From NCBI GenBank assembly GCA_963841155.1, contig CAWJBM010000002.1, forward strand, positions 424,238 through 488,237: 64,000 bases of DNA, written 5' to 3'. This document shows, piece after piece, positions 18,294 to 27,318 of this stretch (its first letter is position 1; every line of letters starts with the position of its first letter). The translations under genes were made by a program, and so were the position numbers. Source of the DNA: an uncultured Acidimicrobiaceae bacterium. GTDB lineage: Bacteria > Actinomycetota > Acidimicrobiia > Acidimicrobiales > Bog-793. The notes below the pieces were generated by a model. That model searched no databases. It was not told the origin of the DNA and was given only the letters and a program-made list of their open reading frames with translations.

Positions 18294-18644
18294 CACGTCG
18301 CCTGCAATGGCTCGACTGCCAGCTCGACTTCGGCCACCAGGGCAACAAGGGCGCGCCGCACGGCACGCTTGCTCCACCTGGCGCGCAGATGTCGCTACTT
18401 CACGCTCCCGGACGAGTCGCGACCTCAGGGGCTGTCGGCTGCTCCTACGAACCGGGGGCTTCCCGCCGCTCGCCTTCCTCCTAAGTAGTTTGGTGGAATG
18501 TCCCCCAGAAGACCCGCACGTCAGCGGAGCAAGTCGTCATAGCGCCCTTTGCCTGGACTTATGTTCTGGGGCGCCCAGAGCTTGAGCCCGGCTCCTTTGG
18601 ATCTGAGTCATCGTGACCGGTGCGGCATCTTGCCCACCGTCAGG

Positions 18645-19007
18645 TCAGTGCTTGGCGTAGTCAGCCATCCCGGCGAAGTCCAGCACGACACATGGCTCGT
18701 CGCCGATCGTCCAGCCGTCATGTCCGGCCGGAATGGAGACGACGTCGCCGGCACCGATCTCAAGCGCGGTGCCGTCGTCCATGAGGATGACCTGGCGACC
18801 TGATAACACGTACCCGACGTGCGCTGCTTGGCAGCTGTCGGTCTTCGCGATCGGCTTCACATGCTCGGACCACCTCCAGCCTGGCATGAAAGTGGCGCGA
18901 CCGACTGTTCCAGCCTCCAGACTCACCAACTCAACCTGACCCGAGTTGCCCTCGAACGGTCGGCTCTCCTCCGGTGAGTCAAAGCTCTTGCGAACTGGGC
19001 CTGGCAT
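18645..19007 (-). CDS. Cupin domain protein
   Basis: 120 aa. The pattern AAHVGYVLSGRQVILMDDGTALEIGAGDVVSIPAGHDGW is a cupin beta-barrel pattern. Confidence 0.8.
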   Translation of the reverse strand: MPGPVRKSFDSPEESRPFEGNSGQVELVSLEAGTVGRATFMPGWRWSEHVKPIAKTDSCQAAHVGYVLSGRQVILMDDGTALEIGAGDVVSIPAGHDGWTIGDEPCVVLDFAGMADYAKH

Positions 19008-19445
19008 GTTCCCCCCTGTCTTGCGGTGTCACGATTCCGGTTTCGCCGTAAGCGTACTGGTGCTTTCTGGCCTTCGCCACAGATATTGTTGGCGGCGCAG
19101 CAATTCGGGCGGTGCGGGAGTGGAGGCGGCGGTGGGGCAGGTACCTCCACCAGGGAGCGACTTCGGGTCCTCACACGTGCGTGAGAGCTGCTGGGGTGAT
19201 CCCCCAGGCGAGAAGACAACTTGCGCGTATATCTGAAGTTGTCAGTCCGGATATACGAGGCCTCGGGCGTCGGAGTCACCAGATCCCTTGAGCCATCCCG
19301 CGGCCATCCTGCGGCCATTCCGCGGTCGCCGCCGTTCGCCAGCATGTGGATAACGCTGTGAACTGGCCTTATCGTCCGCCCTCGTTCGCCAAAGTGCGGC
19401 AAATTCACCTTCGCAACGTGGAAGTCGGCGCTTCAAGTCTGCTCG

Positions 19446-19526
19446 CCTCCACCCGTTGCCAAGAAATACAACGCGTTGCCTGGTCAAGCGGACTTTTCTT
19501 GTGTCCGGTCGCGCGCCGACATTGAG
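19446..19526 (-). ncRNA. Conserved structured intergenic element, copy B
   Basis: Aligns with 5668..5747. Core ACTTTTCTTGTGTCCGGTCGCGCGCCGACATTGAG at 19492..19526. Possible hairpins CGTTG/CAACG (19454-58/19469-73) and CGGAC/GTCCG (19489-93/19503-07). The - strand end reads GGTGGAGG. Confidence 0.4.
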
Positions 19527-19639
19527 TCCTACTTGAACCCCTGTTCAGGCGCCAGATCCGTCTCGCTATGGCGCGTCGGCCTCGGCAAGGGCGGCTGGTG
19601 TTCGGTCGCGCTGTTCTGTTCGTCTGACGGCCCAAGCCG

Positions 19640-20578
19640 TCACGCACGCGGATTGCGATGCTGCTCGGATCGTCGCTGGAGGGTGCGGGCATGTCGTCTG
19701 CGGGCGTCGAGGCCGGCTGCGTGCAGGCTACGGGCGACCGCCAGGTCCGCTGGGCCCGGACCGTTGCCTTCGATGCCCGGCACCTCGAGGATCGCTGGTA
19801 CGTTCTGCAGGTCCGGATGACCGAGCAGGGAGCGCAAGGGCCGGACACCGATCGTGCCCGATCCGAGGTTCTCGTGACGGTCGCGTTTGGCGCCGCATGG
19901 CACCTTCGAGTCGTTGAGGTGGAGGCAGCGAAGCCGGTCAAGGCCGATCTCCGCAGCGAGCTGGTCCACCACGGCGTCGACCTGGGTCGGCGTCGTATAC
20001 TCGACACCAGAGGCCCACAAGTGCTGGGTGTCCAGGCACACGCCGAGGCGAGGGTCACCTCCGGCGGTGTCGATGATGGCCGCGAGGTCGGCGAATGTGC
20101 CCCCGACCGTGTCGCCAGCACCGGCCGTATTCTCGAGCAGCAGCTGGCACACGCCCATTGCCGTCATCGCTTCGTCTAAGGCAACGACCGCTCGGCGCGC
20201 GATCCGAGCAGCAGCGGTGGCCTGCTCGACCCCACGGTGACTGCCCGGGTGGAGCACGAGCCCGAACGCACCGAGGGCGGTCGCTGCCCGCAGGTTGGCG
20301 ATCAGCGACGTGAGGGAGCGGGCCTCGGTCACGGGATTCGGGCTGACCAGGTTTATCAAATAGGGCGCATGGCACACCGTGGCACTGACCACGGGGCTCG
20401 CCTCGGCCCGCTGGCGGTACGCCACGTACGTCTCGTCACGATCGTCGGGGAGGCGCCACTGCCGGTTGTTCTGCGGGAAGAGCTGCACGACTTCGGCGCC
20501 CATCTCCTCCGCTCGACGGAGGGCGGCGAGGAAGCCCCCGGTCTGACGGACCTGGACCCCGATACGCACCGGCACCAA
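19640..20578 (-). CDS. nfo: Deoxyribonuclease IV (endonuclease IV, AP endonuclease family 2)
   Basis: 312 aa. CHAPYLINL, LVLHPGSH, LLLENTAG, VCLDTQHLWASG and HLNDSK ... DRHENLGSG are the metal-binding and signature segments of Nfo. Confidence 0.9.
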   Translation of the reverse strand: MVPVRIGVQVRQTGGFLAALRRAEEMGAEVVQLFPQNNRQWRLPDDRDETYVAYRQRAEASPVVSATVCHAPYLINLVSPNPVTEARSLTSLIANLRAATALGAFGLVLHPGSHRGVEQATAAARIARRAVVALDEAMTAMGVCQLLLENTAGAGDTVGGTFADLAAIIDTAGGDPRLGVCLDTQHLWASGVEYTTPTQVDAVVDQLAAEIGLDRLRCLHLNDSKVPCGAKRDRHENLGSGTIGVRPLRSLLGHPDLQNVPAILEVPGIEGNGPGPADLAVARSLHAAGLDARRRHARTLQRRSEQHRNPRA

Positions 20579-21374
20579 CGTACCGGCGGCGAGATCTTGG
20601 CGAACCCCTCAGGGGCTTGCCTGTGCGCCCAGGCCCGCCGGGCGCAGGATCGGTCGCGACCGGGCCCCGGCACTTCAGGGTCGCATGGGCCGAGAAATGG
20701 GCCACCATGTGCACAGTCAGAGCAGGCCCTGACCAACTCCGCGAGAGCGCTCCACGTCGACACGTGCGGCGTGCGCTTTCCTCCTCGGATATCCGAGGCA
20801 GACGCCTTCGAACAGCCCGCCCCGATGATCTCGGAAGGCGGCACGGTTCCGAGACGCGGCAAGATCGCCCACACGTCCCCTTGACCGACTGCGGCGACGC
20901 CGTTCATCTCCGAAGGCGAGAGGCGTTGCCGTTGGACGATCCACCCGCTGCGACAACGGGAGGTCGCCGGGCTCGCGCGCGCAGGCCAGAAAAGGGCGCT
21001 TGGGATCAGGATGCCGAGGGGGCAAAAGACTGACACCAATGACGCCTCACGCAGTCATCTGCCACGAGGAGAGCGGGACCTCATCCTGCCACCTCTTTCC
21101 GCGAATACATCATCACGCCCAGTCTTGGAGAGGACGAAGCGAAGAGGACTGACAGACCGTGCGACGGGCTCGATCAGAACTGCGGCGGTGTTCGCCGTGT
21201 GCCGTGCCGGCCGATCTTGCTCGAATACCGGCGCGTTCGTTCCGGAAAACCCAAGGTTGACTGGTGGACCGGCCGTCTCGGTCTCCACAGCTGGGACCTT
21301 GGCAGGGCGAGTGTCTCAAGTAACCAAGGATTCGCGCCGAAATATCAAACAGGGAATACGAGGTCAGAGGACCT

Positions 21375-24300
21375 GTGACACAGCTTCGGGCGAATGACGC
21401 GTGTGTTGTCACCAGACCGCGGTCGTCTGGTGCTCAAACCACGCCTGCACACGCCTGGCGGTGGTTCCTGACCCTCGGGGCTGTTCTCGCGCTTGCCTAC
21501 TTCTCGTTCGGAACCCCACCTGAAAAGCCTTTGCCTTTCGGTTGGCATCCCTGGATCGAGTGGCCGGGCCAAGTCCCAGTGTGGGCACTGCTGGGATTGT
21601 CGGCAGTCGTGGCGATTGCCTACGGCGTAAGGCACAACCGACCGAACGTTCCAACAGCCTGGTGGTTCCTCGGCGCTGGCGTGCTCCTCTTCGTCACGGG
21701 CGGTACGACCTACAGGTTCTGGCACCAGATCATGGGCCAACAACACATCCCGTTTCCGTCGTTCATCGACGCGATCTACATCATGATGTACCCGGTGCTT
21801 GCGGTCGGGCTGCTGCTTCTTGTCCGAGCGCGAGTTCCCGACGGCGATCGAGCCAGCCTGCTTGACGCGCTCACGATCACGCTCGGCGTCGGTCTGCTGT
21901 CATGGATCTTCCTCATTGGCCCAAACTTCCGTGCGCCCGGTGGGCTGCTCGTTCGGTTCACCGCTGCCGCGCACCCACTTGGGGACGTCCTCGTTCTGGC
22001 GATGTTGGCGCGCCTTTGGACCGCCGGCGGCATTCGCAACACCGCAGGACGGTTGCTCGCGATAGGGGCATTGGGAGCGCTTGTCTCTGACTCACTGTAC
22101 GGGCTGGCCAACCTGCACCCAAGCTGGAATTGGAACGACAGCAACGCGGTCGATCTTGGCTGGATCATCTTCTGTGCGTGCTGGGGCGCGGCGGCACTGC
22201 ACCCGTCGATGCGGGCATTGTCTGAGCCGAGGTCAGCCGCGCCACTGCGCACCAGCCACTACCGGACCAGGCTGCTCGCCGGAGTGTCGCTCATCGCGCC
22301 GGTGGTTCTGCTCGCCGAAACCTTGGGCGGCGACACCATCGACGCCCCAGTTATCGCCGTCGTCGCCGGGCTCATGTTCCTTCTAGTGATCACCAGAATG
22401 ACTGGTCTCGTACAGGTGCACGGGCAATCTGTGGCGCGAGAGCAAACCCTACGCAGGTCGGTTGCAAACCTCGTGGCGGCGTCGGACCGCGCTGCGATCT
22501 GTCAAGCGACGATCGCGGGCGTCAGGGAGCTTCTCGCTCGAAACGGACACGACTTCAAGGTCACGTTCGCGGTGACGAACCCGGACGGCGAACCGGTGGT
22601 CGTCACGAAGCCGGGCGACGGCCCGACAGAGGGGCCACAGAGCTTGACGGCTCTTTGGGCCGACGCGCGACAGAGCCTGGCTGACGGCGAGGTGGAGAGC
22701 TATGTAATCGAGACGAGCACCTTGCGTGACGGCTCCGCTGAGCACGAGTTGTCTGAACAGCTGGTGTGCCCCTTTGTCGCCAGAGACCAGTTGCAAGGGC
22801 TGATAGTCGTCACGAGTGCTGCCAAGTTCCCCTTCGAGCTCCGAAGTTCGATCGAGATTCTCGCCGCGCAGGCAGCACTGGCCATCGGCCGCGAGACGAT
22901 GACCGAAGCGTTGCACGCGCGCCGAAGTGAAGCTCGCTTCCAGACTCTCGTGCAGAACGCGTCGGATGTCATCCTGATCGCCCGTCCCGACACGACGATC
23001 ACTTATCAGACTCCTTCGGCCAATAGGATCCTCGGGTACGCAGATGGCTCCCTCGAAGGCAGGCGGTTCACAACTCTGCTCCACCCCGACGACGTCGAGC
23101 GGGCATTGGCCGGATACAGAGGCGTGGCGTTTCGACCCGGAACGTCGGTCACGGCAAAGTGGCGGATCCGACACTGCGACGGTTCATGGCGTCATGTCGA
23201 GGTGACAACTACCAACCTGCTGCACGAACCGACCCTTGAAGGTATCGTGCTCACCCTGCGGGACGTGAGCGAGCGCACAGGTCTCGAGGAGGAGCTGAAG
23301 CATCAAGCCTTCCACGACGCGTTGAGCGGGCTCGCCAATCGCGCCCTGTTCCGGGACCGCCTCGAGCATGCCTTGGCACGGGCGACTCGGTCGAAGTCAT
23401 CACTGGCTGTCCTGTTCCTCGACCTGGACGACTTCAAGCTGATCAACGACAGCTTGGGACACACTGCGGGCGATGCTCTGTTGGTAGCGGTTGCCGGGCG
23501 GCTCTCCGCGTCCCTTCGGAGCGGCGACACGGCGGCCCGCTTTGGAGGCGACGAATTCGCGGTCCTGGTGGAGGAGACCGCTGGCCCGGAGGAGGCCTGT
23601 CAGGCCGCTGAACGACTCATCTCGGCCCTGTCCGCACCACTTGTGATCGAGGATCACGAGATCCAAGTGCGCGCCAGCGTCGGGATCGCTCTCAGCCAGG
23701 CGGGCCAGGAGGACCCGACCGAGTTGATGCAGGCGGCAGACGTGGCCATGTACGCGGCAAAGGCTCGCGGCAAGGGTCGTTACGAGGTGTATCAGCCCGG
23801 CCTCCAGGCGGCCATTGTCCGACGTCTGGATAGGACAGCCGATCTCCAGCGAGCCATAGACAACCGGGAGTTCGTTGTGCACTACCAGCCGATCGTGAGC
23901 CTTGGCGGAGGCAATACGGTTGGCCTAGAAGCACTGGTGCGGTGGCGTCATCCAGAAAATGGACTGCTGCTTCCCGAGGAGTTCATCGGACTCGCCGAAG
24001 AGACCGGCCTTGTCGTCCCGCTTGATCGCTGGGTGCTCAGAGAGGCATGCGTCCAGACGCGCGAGTGGCAGTTCTGTCACTCGGACGCCCGTCGCTTGTG
24101 GGTCAGCGTCAACATGTCGGCCAGGCACTTCCAAGACGAGGACTTGGTGGAAGATGTCTCGGCGGCGCTGCGTGAGTCGGGTCTCGATCCCCAGTTCCTG
24201 GTGCTGGAGATCACCGAGGGCGTGTTCGTCCAGGAGGCCGAGTCCGTCATCCAGCGGATGTTGGAGCTCAAAGCGCTCGGCGTCCGCTTCGCCATTGACG

Positions 24301-24662
24301 ATTTCGGCACCGGCTATTCGTCGCTGAGTTACCTGAGGCGTTTTCCCATCGACATCTTGAAGCTGGACAAGTCCTTCGTGGACGACGTGGCCGTTTCCGC
24401 CGAGGACGGCGCGCTCGCCGAGACGATCGTCCAACTCGGGAAGAACCTGCATCTTCAGACGGTCGCTGAAGGCATCGAGCACGCGCCCCAACTTGAGGCC
24501 CTCCGCGCCCTGGGATGCCAGCTCGGGCAAGGCTTTTACTTCACCAAGGGACTCCAGGCCAGCGAAATGAACGACCTTCTCTTCCGGAACTCGCAGGTCA
24601 AGTCCTTGGTAGAAGCTGTTTGGCTTGAAACCCCTTCCCTCACTGAGGAGTCCGTCGGCTGA
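21375..24662 (+). CDS. Membrane sensor with PAS, GGDEF (diguanylate cyclase) and EAL (phosphodiesterase) domains
   Basis: 1095 aa. About 330 aa of multi-TM N-terminus, then a GAF-like region and PAS (FQTLVQNASDVILI). GGDEF is intact (RFGGDEFAVLV), and the EAL domain has EALVRW, DDFGTGYSSL and EGIE. GTG start at 21375. Confidence 0.9.
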   Translation: MTQLRANDACVVTRPRSSGAQTTPAHAWRWFLTLGAVLALAYFSFGTPPEKPLPFGWHPWIEWPGQVPVWALLGLSAVVAIAYGVRHNRPNVPTAWWFLGAGVLLFVTGGTTYRFWHQIMGQQHIPFPSFIDAIYIMMYPVLAVGLLLLVRARVPDGDRASLLDALTITLGVGLLSWIFLIGPNFRAPGGLLVRFTAAAHPLGDVLVLAMLARLWTAGGIRNTAGRLLAIGALGALVSDSLYGLANLHPSWNWNDSNAVDLGWIIFCACWGAAALHPSMRALSEPRSAAPLRTSHYRTRLLAGVSLIAPVVLLAETLGGDTIDAPVIAVVAGLMFLLVITRMTGLVQVHGQSVAREQTLRRSVANLVAASDRAAICQATIAGVRELLARNGHDFKVTFAVTNPDGEPVVVTKPGDGPTEGPQSLTALWADARQSLADGEVESYVIETSTLRDGSAEHELSEQLVCPFVARDQLQGLIVVTSAAKFPFELRSSIEILAAQAALAIGRETMTEALHARRSEARFQTLVQNASDVILIARPDTTITYQTPSANRILGYADGSLEGRRFTTLLHPDDVERALAGYRGVAFRPGTSVTAKWRIRHCDGSWRHVEVTTTNLLHEPTLEGIVLTLRDVSERTGLEEELKHQAFHDALSGLANRALFRDRLEHALARATRSKSSLAVLFLDLDDFKLINDSLGHTAGDALLVAVAGRLSASLRSGDTAARFGGDEFAVLVEETAGPEEACQAAERLISALSAPLVIEDHEIQVRASVGIALSQAGQEDPTELMQAADVAMYAAKARGKGRYEVYQPGLQAAIVRRLDRTADLQRAIDNREFVVHYQPIVSLGGGNTVGLEALVRWRHPENGLLLPEEFIGLAEETGLVVPLDRWVLREACVQTREWQFCHSDARRLWVSVNMSARHFQDEDLVEDVSAALRESGLDPQFLVLEITEGVFVQEAESVIQRMLELKALGVRFAIDDFGTGYSSLSYLRRFPIDILKLDKSFVDDVAVSAEDGALAETIVQLGKNLHLQTVAEGIEHAPQLEALRALGCQLGQGFYFTKGLQASEMNDLLFRNSQVKSLVEAVWLETPSLTEESVG

Positions 24663-24799
24663 TCGCCCCTGTGGTGTGCCCCGATCTCCACGCAGACGTG
24701 GCCGGGCGTGCCCATCAGCTCTGGTCGGCTCAGTAAGGATTTGCGTTGATCCCTTGAGTTCGGCAGGCCCTACGGCTCTACCCTCCACGACGAGGACAG

Positions 24800-26173
24800 G
24801 TGCAAGATGGATCCATGACCGATAGACAGCGTCGCATCGTGGTCCTGGGAGCCGGAGGCCGCGATTTCCACAACTTCAACACCGTGTTCCGCAATGACGA
24901 CTCGGCGAAGATCGTGGCCTTCACCGCCGCCCAGATTCCCGGCATCGAAGGCCGCTCGTACCCGGCCTCGCTCGCCGGGCCGCTTTATCCCAACGGCATC
25001 CCCATCGTGGCGGAGGAGGAGCTGGCCGACCTGATCGCCCGCGAGCACATCGACGAAGCCATCCTCGCCTACTCGGATCTCTCCCACGTCGATGTGATGC
25101 ACAAGGCATCCGCCATCCTGGCAGCGGGGGCGGACTTCCGCCTTCTCGGGCCGGATGCCACAATGCTGCGAAGCATCAAGCCGGTCGTTGCCGTCTGTGC
25201 CGTGAGGACGGGGTGTGGCAAGAGCCAGACCACCCGTCGGGTGGGCCAGATCCTCCTCCAGGCGGGGCTCCGGGTCGCCCTCGTGCGCCACCCGATGCCC
25301 TACGGCGACCTCGAGGACATGAGAGTGCAGCGCTTCGCATCGGTAGCCGACATCGACGCCTCCCGTCCCAGTCTGGAGGAACGGGAGGAGTACGAGGAGC
25401 CCGTCCGCATGGGCATGGTGATGTACGCCGGGGTCGACTACGAGCAGATCCTGCGCCAGGCCGAGGCGGAATGTGACGTCGTCGTCTGGGACGGTGGCAA
25501 CAACGACTTCCCCTTCTTCGTCCCCAACCTCATGATTACCGTCGTCGACCCGTTGCGTCCAGGCCACGAGCTCGCCTACTACCCGGGCGAGACGTGCTTG
25601 CTAAGGGCCGACGTCGTGGTCGTCAACAAGATCGACTCGGCTGCTCCCATCGACGTCGCCCGCGTCGTGGCCAACGTGCAGGCGGTCAACCGGCGTGCCC
25701 GCGTCGTCAGGGCGGCCTCGCCGGTAACGCTCGAGGCGGGCCCGCCGCTGGCGGGCAAGCGTGTCCTCGTCATCGAGGACGGCCCCACCATTACCCACGG
25801 TGACATGCCGTTCGGCGCCGGCACCGTGGCCGCCCGTCACGACGGCGCCGTCGATCTCGTCGACCCACGCCCCTATGCCGTCGGCTCGATCGCCGGGACC
25901 TATGCCCGCTACCCCGGCATCGGCGCCGTGCTGCCGGCGATGGGCTACGGAGACCAGCAGCTGGCGGAGCTCGGCGCCACGGTCCGGCAGGCGGCCTGCG
26001 ACGTCGTCGTCATCGGCACTCCGATGGATCTGGCGCGGCTGGTCGACCTCGGCCACCCCTCGAGGCGGGTCTCCTACGAGCTGCACGAGATCGGCTCGCC
26101 GACGCTGAAGGACGTGCTCGACCCGCTTGCCCAAAGCTGGAAGTCGGCTCTGCGGCCGGCAGGTCCGGCGTGA
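24800..26173 (+). CDS. COG2403-type P-loop protein (cyclic 2,3-diphosphoglycerate synthetase-like / predicted GTPase)
   Basis: 457 aa. IVVLGAGGRDFHNFNTVFRNDDSAKIVAFTAAQIPGIEGRSYPASLAGPLYPNGIPI, then the P-loop AVRTGCGKSQTT and VVVNKID. This matches my memory of the cDPG-synthetase/COG2403 family. Alternative start at 24815. Confidence 0.75.
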   Translation: MQDGSMTDRQRRIVVLGAGGRDFHNFNTVFRNDDSAKIVAFTAAQIPGIEGRSYPASLAGPLYPNGIPIVAEEELADLIAREHIDEAILAYSDLSHVDVMHKASAILAAGADFRLLGPDATMLRSIKPVVAVCAVRTGCGKSQTTRRVGQILLQAGLRVALVRHPMPYGDLEDMRVQRFASVADIDASRPSLEEREEYEEPVRMGMVMYAGVDYEQILRQAEAECDVVVWDGGNNDFPFFVPNLMITVVDPLRPGHELAYYPGETCLLRADVVVVNKIDSAAPIDVARVVANVQAVNRRARVVRAASPVTLEAGPPLAGKRVLVIEDGPTITHGDMPFGAGTVAARHDGAVDLVDPRPYAVGSIAGTYARYPGIGAVLPAMGYGDQQLAELGATVRQAACDVVVIGTPMDLARLVDLGHPSRRVSYELHEIGSPTLKDVLDPLAQSWKSALRPAGPA

Positions 26174-26288
26174 GCCCGCCAGGCCTCATGACCGGGTCTT
26201 GGTCCGTGTCGAATGCGGACACCGGCCGTCAATGTCAACACAGGGCCGCGCTCCCGGCCGGAGTGGGCCGAACGCATCGCCTCGAGGC

Positions 26289-26314
26289 GACTGTCCGCAT
26301 CGATGCGGACAGTC
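26289..26314. promoter_or_regulatory. Perfect 26-bp palindrome GACTGTCCGCATC|GATGCGGACAGTC
   Basis: Read directly from the sequence, 116 nt downstream of the stop at 26173. There is no loop and no T-tract, so it fits a dimeric protein operator or a hairpin terminator in GC-rich style. Confidence 0.6.
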
Positions 26315-27053
26315 GAGAGCGCCCGGTGTACAAGCTCGATCAGGCAAGTCACCAGTGCCCCACGAGGCGCCCTCTATCGGTGCGGAGATGTAAGGGCTCC
26401 GCTTCCCGCCTGTCGCAGCGGGTCTGCGAAGCTGGGGGCAGCTCAGGCCCGCAAACACACCCTTGGCCGGGAAGCAGCCCCGACAGAGTCGCAACGGGCC
26501 GGTACTGCCAGACGGCTCGGTTCCGGTGAGCAAGACGGAGAGGCTGCGAACAAGGCGGGCTCAAGGTCACCCTGGCGGACGTCAGGTCGTCGTCGATGAT
26601 CCTCGCCACCTTCGGGACCGACGCCGGTGCAGTCGCGGTGGCCAATGCCGTTCCGGCGACAGGGTGCGATCAAGCTGACGGTGGCTCCCACCGGAGCGGT
26701 GAAGGTCGCCTGGATGCCGCCCGGGTAGACAGAGTCGAGCCGAGGCCGCGACAGAACCGAAACCGCGAGACGAGACGAGCGGACCCGGGTCGCGGCGCAA
26801 CGGGCGGGGGGCCCGGACGCGAGCGGCGCAGCCGGGCGGGAGCGCAGTCGGGCCGGAAAGCCTCGGGTGGGCACACCGGCCCCGCGTGCGCCCACGTGGC
26901 GGCGTAGCGGCTGGTTGGTCGTGGTCGTGCTCGTGGCCCGACGTCTTGGGTAGCTGCTCGGGCCGCGTGCCTGCAGCGCCCACGTGGCACGCACCGGCTC
27001 GTGTGCCCGCCACGAGTCGAAGTCAACGCGTACAGCGACAAGGCGGCAGCTCC

Positions 27054-27318
27054 TCATTGGCGACGCGGGGGCCTGCTTGGCCTAAGTCGAGCCCTGGAGC
27101 TCGTGCTGGCGCCGTAGGTGGCGACGAGATAGGTGCCCGCCTCGAACTGCCTGGCCGGCAGCGCGCACGACCTCTTGCCAGACGACAGCGTGACCACGCA
27201 CCGCGTCGTCGTGGGCTCCTTGATCGTCACCCTCCCAGTCGCCGTCGTGCGAGCGGGCTCGGGCGAAACGGTGACCGGTATGTGCCCGACCTGCTCGTGC
27301 CCGTGGGTCGGTCCTGCT
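27054..27318 (-). pseudogene. Ig-like domain fragment, out of frame with the upstream beta-propeller gene
   Basis: The ORF 27054..27431 contains YGHEQ-type text: THGHEQVGHIPVTVSPEPARTTATGRVTIKEPTTTRCVVTLSSGKRSCALPARQFEAGTYLVATYGAS. This is the familiar actinobacterial Ig-like repeat pattern. Its frame differs from 27319..28509, and its tail is not protein-like. Confidence 0.45.

Noticed and set aside
18294-18644. Short ORFs between ftsH and the cupin gene (e.g. 18307..18585, 18152..18361)
   Set aside because: They have low-complexity translations, overlap the ftsH 3' end or lack signals, and give no homology-type text.
20356-21039. 227-aa - strand ORF in the nfo to GGDEF intergenic region
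   Set aside because: It overlaps the 5' end of nfo in another frame, has no recognisable motif and has poor composition. Part of it (about 20720-20900) could be a decayed gene, but I cannot support a call.
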